In this document: piece after piece, positions 57,414 through 64,000 of the stretch
Position numbering within the stretch: position 1 is the first letter of the stretch
How the letters are laid out: each line of letters opens with the position of its first letter
DNA from: an uncultured Eubacteriales bacterium
GTDB taxonomy: Bacteria; Bacillota; Clostridia; Lachnospirales; Lachnospiraceae
Direction: 5' to 3'
NCBI GenBank assembly: GCA_900318405.1
Contig: ONKP01000005.1
Location: 12,162-76,161 of the forward strand
Length of the DNA stretch: 64,000 bases
The notes under the pieces: generated by a model
Told to the model about the DNA's origin: nothing
Database searches by the model: none
Seen by the model: only the letters and a program-made list of their open reading frames with translations
Program-made: the position numbers and the translations under genes

Positions 57414-59780
57414 ATGGACAATCAGGATTTGCGGCAGGAAGTGCCGGACAACACGGATGCCGTGACGGAGCTTTCGGAGAACGCGGATACCGCAGCAGAG
57501 CCTGCAAAGAAGGATGCTGCGGATGCCGGGCCGGAGCTTTCGGAGAACGTGGATACCGCAGCAGAGCCTGCAAAGAAGGATGCTGCGGATGCCGGGCCGG
57601 AACTTTCCGATAAAGAGAAAAAAATACTGGCGGTCATTGAGGGTGAGCCGGAAGAGAGATACGCAGCCGTGACATGGGAACGGAAGGATCCGGATCTTCT
57701 CTATCAGCTCTCCCCCTGGCGTGCCAACCTTCTGAACTGGCTGCCCATACACGGGACAGACCGCGTGCTGGAGATGCAGGCCGGATATGGCCCGGCCACT
57801 GCTGATCTGGCGGGACGGGCTGCGGAAGTCGTATGCCTTGAACAGACCGAAGGCCATTATGTGATCAACAGCAGGCGTCAGCAGTCGCGTCACAATGTGG
57901 AATGCGGTATCTGGAATCTTGCCGGAGATGATATCCAGGTTCAGAAGTACCTGAAAAAGGAAGGAACGGATACATCCGAACAGGTGCGCAAGTTTGACTG
58001 GGTGATCATCTATCGTCCGGAATCCACGCTCAGTCTCCGGTCAGATCTGGAGCTCGCGTCAGCCTTTGTCGAAAAAAACGGCAGGATCGTTCTTGCTGTC
58101 GACAACAGTCACGGCATGCGCACGCGCGACGGCGCACCGGCCCCGCACGGTTCGGCGACCAGACAGGAGCTGAAAAAACTCTTCGATGAGCTCGGCATGC
58201 AGGCACAGGTATATTATCCGTACCAGAGCCTTGAATTCACGGACAGCGTTTATACAGACCGTTTCCTTCCCAGAAGCGAGGAACTCGGGCTGTATGAGCA
58301 GGGCTTTTTCCGGCCGCGCATCTGCTGGTGCGATGAACAGGAAGAGTATGCCTATGCGCTGGAGAACGGCCTGTATCCGGAAGTGGCCAATGCTTTTCTC
58401 TGTATTCTGACGCCGCCGGCCGGTGGAAGCAGAACGGCGGCGATGCCGCTCTTCACCTCAGAATCCGGAGGTGTCGTCACACAGAAGGATGCGGATGACG
58501 GAAAACATCCTGAGGTCAGTGCGGACAACGGCACGCAGAAGCATGCGGATGACGAAAGCGGAGCGGAGAACGGCGGAAGCCAGAACGCGCAGAAGGGTAC
58601 GGATGCCGGAAAGAAAACGGATGGCCGTGTGGAAGCGGTTTCTCCGGCGGCCCGGCGATATCCGATCTATGTTAAGTTCTCCAATCAGAGAAAAGCCGGT
58701 TTCAATACGGTGACATCGATATATGAAGATGATAACGGCCAGCGTCAGGTCTTTAAACGTGCGTTTGATGAGGCGTCAAGGAGCTGGGTGACCGGCATCG
58801 CGTCAAAATATCTGAAGCTTGCCGCTGCCTTTGAGGGAACGGGTTTTCTGATCAACCGCTGCAGCAGAAATGCGGAAGGCATTGAACTGGAGTATGTGAC
58901 GGGAAAATCCCTGGACACGGTGCTGGACATGTGTCTGGAGAACGGGCGGCCTGATCTGGCGGAGCTGCTGATCGATGAGTACTGGCGCCGGCTGACGGCC
59001 GGACATCCGATGGGGATTTTTACACCGTCCCCTGAATACCGTGAGATTTTCGGCGAACAGATGGTGGGAGAGAATGAGGCGGCACTGCCGGTCACGAATA
59101 TCGACATGATCTTCTCCAACATTCTTTTGCCGGAAACACTAAGTATGCGGGAACTCATCGATGATATCGATGAGGTAAAGAAGGAGAAGTGGGACGTCAT
59201 CGATTACGAGTGGACATTTCCTTTTCCCATTCCCGTCCGCTATGTGATGTACAGAGCGCTTGATTATTTTCAGAATTATCGCGCCGGCAGGAAAAAATTT
59301 GTCGGTCCGCTCTTTGCCAGATACGGTATCCGTACGGAAGACATGCAGATCTATGCCGCCATGGAGAGCGAATTCCAGAAATGGATCCTCGGTGACACGC
59401 ATCCGATCCGTCTGCATAACAGCGTTTACGGAAAGCCCAGTATGGGCTTCCGCCAGGTGGAAAATGATTATTTCAGGTTAAGGGAGGAATTTCCCGCGGC
59501 GCAGAGCGAACTGCAGACGCTGCGTGAAACAGAGGAAAAGCTCCGGAAAGAATTACAGGATGCACAGGAACAGAACAGCAGCCTGAACGAACAGCTGGAA
59601 TCCCTGCAGAAAGATTATGACAGTGAGCATGAGAAAGTGGAAAAGCTGGACGCATCCTGCGTCAGCCTGTCGGAAACCGTCAATCAGATGAGGGGAGCTT
59701 TTTCCTGGAAGGTGACGGCTCCCATGCGGGCGGTCATGACATTTTTCCGCAGGATTTTTCACAGAAACCCTGAACATTGA
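57414..59780 (+). CDS. Methyltransferase-like + kinase-like + coiled-coil protein (WbdD-like candidate)
   Basis: NLLNWLP..RVLEMQAGYG (degenerate SAM motif), YVKFSN, IDMIFSN (DxxxxN), VIDYEW (DxE), ~70-aa heptad region and terminal SWKVTAPMR helix. Confidence 0.7.
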   Translation: MDNQDLRQEVPDNTDAVTELSENADTAAEPAKKDAADAGPELSENVDTAAEPAKKDAADAGPELSDKEKKILAVIEGEPEERYAAVTWERKDPDLLYQLSPWRANLLNWLPIHGTDRVLEMQAGYGPATADLAGRAAEVVCLEQTEGHYVINSRRQQSRHNVECGIWNLAGDDIQVQKYLKKEGTDTSEQVRKFDWVIIYRPESTLSLRSDLELASAFVEKNGRIVLAVDNSHGMRTRDGAPAPHGSATRQELKKLFDELGMQAQVYYPYQSLEFTDSVYTDRFLPRSEELGLYEQGFFRPRICWCDEQEEYAYALENGLYPEVANAFLCILTPPAGGSRTAAMPLFTSESGGVVTQKDADDGKHPEVSADNGTQKHADDESGAENGGSQNAQKGTDAGKKTDGRVEAVSPAARRYPIYVKFSNQRKAGFNTVTSIYEDDNGQRQVFKRAFDEASRSWVTGIASKYLKLAAAFEGTGFLINRCSRNAEGIELEYVTGKSLDTVLDMCLENGRPDLAELLIDEYWRRLTAGHPMGIFTPSPEYREIFGEQMVGENEAALPVTNIDMIFSNILLPETLSMRELIDDIDEVKKEKWDVIDYEWTFPFPIPVRYVMYRALDYFQNYRAGRKKFVGPLFARYGIRTEDMQIYAAMESEFQKWILGDTHPIRLHNSVYGKPSMGFRQVENDYFRLREEFPAAQSELQTLRETEEKLRKELQDAQEQNSSLNEQLESLQKDYDSEHEKVEKLDASCVSLSETVNQMRGAFSWKVTAPMRAVMTFFRRIFHRNPEH
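57455..57607 (+). repeat. 66-bp tandem repeat (about 2.2 copies)
   Basis: ggagctttc/ggaactttc at 57467, 57533 and 57599. Unit ELSENADTAAEPAKKDAADAGP. Confidence 0.9.
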
Positions 59781-59794
59781 GAGGTACAACGGGT

Positions 59795-62329
59795 ATGAAG
59801 CCGATTTATTATCACATTGATGAACACAGGATCGCAGGATCCGGCCATCTTTTCTACCGCGTTCTGGGCTGGGCTTTCTCCACCACGCCGGAAAATCTGA
59901 AAATCAGCGTCAGAGATGCGAAGGGAGAGGATATCCCGTTCAGCGTTCATGACACCGTGCGCGATGATGTCTTCCGGGCATATCATGATAAATATGACGG
60001 CCTGACACCGGATGTCGGCCTGGATATCCGGGTGGAGCATCTGCAGGATGTCATTCGGGAGCATGGCAATAAGATCAGCATTTGTTTTTCCAGCGGGGAT
60101 GAAGAGGAGACAGCATCGACGGAAGATGTACAGGCACTGCTGTCCGCTGTCGACATGGATAAGCCGGCAGCCCATGTGGATAACTGGGTCACCGCAGAGG
60201 GAATGGTATGGATCAACGGCTGGACCTATGCGCGCAGCGGAGCCTGCAGCGTGAAGATTACCGATGCCGACGGAAATGAGATCCCGTGCACAACTGACCG
60301 GAGCAAGAGAATCGATCTCTGTCGTCTGGAAGGATTGTCCATGAATGATACGCCGGGCTTTCAGATCCGTATCAGGCAGGACGATGTCAGAGGAATGAAG
60401 AAAATTTATCTCCACTGCTGCTCCGAGAAGCAGGATGAGACCATTGAGCTGGATATCACGCCCGGAGCAAAACGGAACAAGAGCACCCGCGGGTTTATTC
60501 GCCATGTCATCGAGTATACAAGGAGAAACGGTGTCTCAGGTCTGATTCGCCGCGCCATCCATGGCCCTGCTGTGGCGCAGAATTTTGATTATGATACCTG
60601 GTTCCGTGCCCGTCGTGTGACGGAGACAGAACTGGAAAAACAGCGCGCCGCACATTTTTCCTGTGAGCCGAAGATATCGGTATGCATACCGCTGTACAAC
60701 ACACGACCGGAGTTCCTGCGGGATATTGTCAATTCCATACTCGCTCAGTCCTATCAGAACTGGGAGCTTTGTCTCGCTGACGGCAGCACAACGGACGAAC
60801 CGGGCCGCATTGTGGCAGACGAGTACGGAAATGAGCCGAGGATCCGCTATCAGAAACTGGCGGTCAATGCCGGCATTTCGGGAAATACGAATGCAGCGCT
60901 GAAGATGGCAACGGGTGATTTTATCATGCTTTCCGACCACGATGATCTGGTGGAAGCGGATGCCATGTACGAGATCGTCAGAGCCATCAATCAGTCGCCG
61001 GATGTCGATGTGGTTTATACTGATGAGGATGTTGTCAATGAACAGGGCACGGTATTTTATGACCCTCATCTCAAGCCGGATTTTTCCATTGACTATCTCA
61101 TGAGCCTGAACTACATCACGCATATTTTTGTTGCAAGGAAGAGCATCGTGGATGAGACCGGCGGATTCGGCGATGCATATAACGGCGCGCAGGACTGGGA
61201 TATGATCCTCCGCTGCTGTGAAAAAGCCAGACGCGTGGCGCACGTGCCGAAGATCCTCTATCACTGGAGAGCGTCCAGTGGCTCTACGGCGGGCAATCCC
61301 GACAGCAAAATGTATGCTGTGGATGCAGGGCGGCGCGCGGTCGGCGATTATATGCAGCGAAACGGACTGGACGGCAGACTCGAGTACACGCTCGACTTTA
61401 TCTGCTTCCATCCGATCCTTTCCGTGAAAAAGGATCCGAAGGTTTCCATTATCATCTGCAGCTGTGACCATGCGGATCTGCTGAAAACCTGTATTGACTC
61501 CATTCTGAGCAAGAGCACGTATGATAATTACGAGATTCTTGTTGTGGAAAATAACAGTAAAGAGCAGGCGACCTTTGACTATTACGAGAAGATACAGAAG
61601 GAAGATTCCCGTGTCCGTGTCGTGACGTATACGGAAAAAGGACCTTTCAATTATTCCCGGGTCAATAATTTCGGCGCGGCACAGGCAGACGGAGAATATC
61701 TCATCTTCCTGAACAACGATACGAAGGTGATCTCCAGGGACTGGATCGAGGGCATGCTCGGCTACTGCCAGCGACCTGACGTCGGAATCGTCGGCGCAAA
61801 GCTGTATTACGGCGATCTCACGGTTCAGCACTGCGGGATTGTCATCGGTATGGGCGGATTTGCCGGGCATGTACTGACAGGACAGCCGGCGGACAGCGCC
61901 GGGTATATGATGCTGCTGCATGCGACGCACGATGTCAGTGCGGTGACGGCAGCCTGCATGATGACAAAGAAGCAGGTATTTGACGAGGTCGGCGGATTCA
62001 CAGAGGAACTGCGTCTGGCCCTGAATGACGTTGACTACTGCCTGAAGGTAAGAGAGACCGGAAAGCTTGTCGTGGTCGATGTGGCGGTGGAACTGTATCA
62101 CTTTGAATCCAAGAGCCGGGGCTATGAGGACACACCGGAGCGTAAGGAACGGTTCAAGAACGAGATACGCCTCTTCAGGAAACGCTGGAAGAAGATTCTG
62201 GATGAAGGAGATCCTTATTACAACCCGAATCTCTCCCTGATGTATAATGACTATCGCCTTCGCGAGGACAATGAGCATTTCGATATCATCGATGAGATTG
62301 AGGCGGAAGACGAACTCAGCGGCAGATAA
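59795..62329 (+). CDS. Large glycosyltransferase with two GT2 domains and N-terminal accessory domains
   Basis: GT2 domain 1 (IPLYNT, LADGS, LSDHDD, GAQDWD) and GT2 domain 2 (VVENNS, FNYSRVNN, FLNND, AVTAAC, NDVDYC). Confidence 0.9.
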   Translation: MKPIYYHIDEHRIAGSGHLFYRVLGWAFSTTPENLKISVRDAKGEDIPFSVHDTVRDDVFRAYHDKYDGLTPDVGLDIRVEHLQDVIREHGNKISICFSSGDEEETASTEDVQALLSAVDMDKPAAHVDNWVTAEGMVWINGWTYARSGACSVKITDADGNEIPCTTDRSKRIDLCRLEGLSMNDTPGFQIRIRQDDVRGMKKIYLHCCSEKQDETIELDITPGAKRNKSTRGFIRHVIEYTRRNGVSGLIRRAIHGPAVAQNFDYDTWFRARRVTETELEKQRAAHFSCEPKISVCIPLYNTRPEFLRDIVNSILAQSYQNWELCLADGSTTDEPGRIVADEYGNEPRIRYQKLAVNAGISGNTNAALKMATGDFIMLSDHDDLVEADAMYEIVRAINQSPDVDVVYTDEDVVNEQGTVFYDPHLKPDFSIDYLMSLNYITHIFVARKSIVDETGGFGDAYNGAQDWDMILRCCEKARRVAHVPKILYHWRASSGSTAGNPDSKMYAVDAGRRAVGDYMQRNGLDGRLEYTLDFICFHPILSVKKDPKVSIIICSCDHADLLKTCIDSILSKSTYDNYEILVVENNSKEQATFDYYEKIQKEDSRVRVVTYTEKGPFNYSRVNNFGAAQADGEYLIFLNNDTKVISRDWIEGMLGYCQRPDVGIVGAKLYYGDLTVQHCGIVIGMGGFAGHVLTGQPADSAGYMMLLHATHDVSAVTAACMMTKKQVFDEVGGFTEELRLALNDVDYCLKVRETGKLVVVDVAVELYHFESKSRGYEDTPERKERFKNEIRLFRKRWKKILDEGDPYYNPNLSLMYNDYRLREDNEHFDIIDEIEAEDELSGR

Positions 62330-62432
62330 CGCTCCGGATCAGTGCCTGCAGGCGCAGGTCTGTGCAGCGGCGGCAGAGGAATGTCAGATGATGCGGCTCT
62401 GGCGAGAATAAAAATAACCGAAGACAGGGCAT

Positions 62433-64000
62433 ATGATGAAAAAAATGGCAAATATCCTGAGGAAGGCTGCTGCCGGTACGGCGGCTGTGCTTCTCATGAC
62501 AGTACTCAGCGGTGTATCCGGACTGGGTACGACGACAGCACTGGCTGAACCCGGCACGACTGGAGAAGATGCCGTAACTGCGGCATCCGACACAGCGGAC
62601 ACGGTTGTGTCAGGCGACAATGAAACGACAGCAGCTGACGCTGCACAGAGTGACGCAGATGTTGCAACGGTATCATCTGACACCGCGCAGAGTGACACAG
62701 ATGATGAAACAGCATCATCTGATACTGCGCAGAGTGATACAGATGATGAAACGGAGTATCTGACCGATTATCTGAAGTTCAGCCGGGAGGACCTCGTAAG
62801 CTATCTCTATGCCCATATGGATACCTTTGTCGGAACGCCTTATCATGAGAGCCTCTACGAATTTCCGACGCCCGGAGAAGATGGGCATATGCAGTGCGAG
62901 GGATTCGTCTGGTATGTTCTGCACGAGGTAGCAACAGAAAATTCCGACAATATTCCCTGCGGTGATGCGAGCACGGAGCCCTATGGGAACGCCGGCGGAT
63001 GGGTCAACTGGCTGTTCAGCTCCGGCGTGAAATTTGAAGCATACGATACCATAGATGACATGCTGGCCTCCGGCACCATGCGCAAGGGTGATATTATATG
63101 GCTCTTTGATGCAGGCGGTCCGTACGCCATGTCGGACACACATCACACCGGATTTTTCTGGGGCGATACAGCAGATGATGATAAATTCTGGCATTCAAGC
63201 GCACTTGCGCTTTCTGATACCTATGCAGGAGAAGAAGCAGAGAACCGCATATCGAAGATTGAAGGAATGACAGAAGAATCCAATATCTCCGAAATCTGGG
63301 TGATTCATCTGGATTCGAGCGGCGGGACGTCATCAACCGCCCGTTCAGGGGAAGAAGTGATCGCAGCCAGAAGAGGCATAGCTGTTAACGACACAGACAG
63401 CACCGCCGGAGGACAACAGGCCACAGACGGTTCAACTGATACAATTGATACGGAAAAGGCACTGTCGGATGTCTCTGCCTATGCCGGCGTTTTTGATGCG
63501 GACTGGTATCGAAGTCAGCTCGATGCCGGCATGGCTGAGCAGAATGCCTCCTATCAGGTCACTGTCGGCGGCACGGACTATACCATACCCCGCGGTGACG
63601 TGTCCGCCGATGATATGACAGACGCGGAGCTTCTGCAGTATTTTCTGCTGTCGGGCGTCTGGTATGGCGATCAGGCGTCACCGGATTTTGACATTACCTG
63701 GTACATGCAGCAGTATCCGGAAAGTGAAGCTGCTGGGAACCGCCTGGCGTATATCCGTCATTACCTGGAGGAAGGAATGGCGGCCGGAGAACAGGGCGTG
63801 GGGGAGCGTGCGACAGATGAGACACTTTCCGCCGTATCCGCATCGACGGATACAGCATCTGACGGAACGGGATTCGGTGATAACGTCCTGTCAGTCAGTC
63901 TTCCGTCATCCGCTCCGGCATCTGCACAGAGCGGTGTATCCGCGAAAAACATTCTCAGGATCATCTGCGTGCTCGCGTTTGCGGCTGCGATTATCCTGCG
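62433..64000 (+). CDS. Secreted NlpC/P60-like cysteine hydrolase with C-terminal anchor, 3'-truncated by the window edge (not in the ORF track)
   Basis: Frame 3 is open from ATG 62433 to the end. Signal peptide, acidic linker, GTPY...QCEGFV...KGDIIW...HTGFF...WHS, two FDxxWY repeats, hydrophobic helix at the window end. Confidence 0.7.
   Translation, partial: MMKKMANILRKAAAGTAAVLLMTVLSGVSGLGTTTALAEPGTTGEDAVTAASDTADTVVSGDNETTAADAAQSDADVATVSSDTAQSDTDDETASSDTAQSDTDDETEYLTDYLKFSREDLVSYLYAHMDTFVGTPYHESLYEFPTPGEDGHMQCEGFVWYVLHEVATENSDNIPCGDASTEPYGNAGGWVNWLFSSGVKFEAYDTIDDMLASGTMRKGDIIWLFDAGGPYAMSDTHHTGFFWGDTADDDKFWHSSALALSDTYAGEEAENRISKIEGMTEESNISEIWVIHLDSSGGTSSTARSGEEVIAARRGIAVNDTDSTAGGQQATDGSTDTIDTEKALSDVSAYAGVFDADWYRSQLDAGMAEQNASYQVTVGGTDYTIPRGDVSADDMTDAELLQYFLLSGVWYGDQASPDFDITWYMQQYPESEAAGNRLAYIRHYLEEGMAAGEQGVGERATDETLSAVSASTDTASDGTGFGDNVLSVSLPSSAPASAQSGVSAKNILRIICVLAFAAAIIL
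62631..62756 (+). repeat. 42-bp tandem repeat (2 good copies plus 1 degenerate)
   Basis: tcatctga at 62673 and 62715. Unit SSDTAQSDTDDETA. Confidence 0.85.

Overview
This 64-kb window is a chromosomal segment of a moderately GC-rich Bacillota (Firmicute). Gene content and order suggest a Lachnospiraceae-like clostridium; this is inferred, not searched. In order it holds: (1) the 3' part of pckA, an mccB-mccA transsulfuration pair and mgtE; (2) a stand-alone Wadjet (jetABCD) anti-plasmid operon whose jetC is split by a frameshift; (3) a four-gene MBOAT / DHHW / FkbH-like / acyl-carrier-protein module; (4) rpsT, an orphan GH2, lepA, hemW, uvrA, mreB-like, recD2 and comF; (5) two membrane proteins, cdaA-cdaR, mutY, a GT2, ispF, cysS, mrnC, rlmB and sigH; (6) an ABC-transporter-dependent rhamnose-polysaccharide locus (priming transferase, GTs, rmlABD, rmlC, wzm, wzt) and an NlpC/P60-like protein that runs off the window. 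The best candidate for an undescribed system is the MBOAT module. It looks like a Dlt-type envelope acylation pathway in which FkbH replaces DltA, so it would deliver glycerate to a surface polymer. The second is a WbdD-like methyltransferase-kinase-coiled-coil protein next to a Wzt with a C-terminal binding module. Several dispersed hairpin repeats and in-frame repeat insertions in housekeeping genes are also present. No rRNA, tRNA, CRISPR array, integrase or transposase was seen. Family assignments come from motif recognition only; no database search was run.
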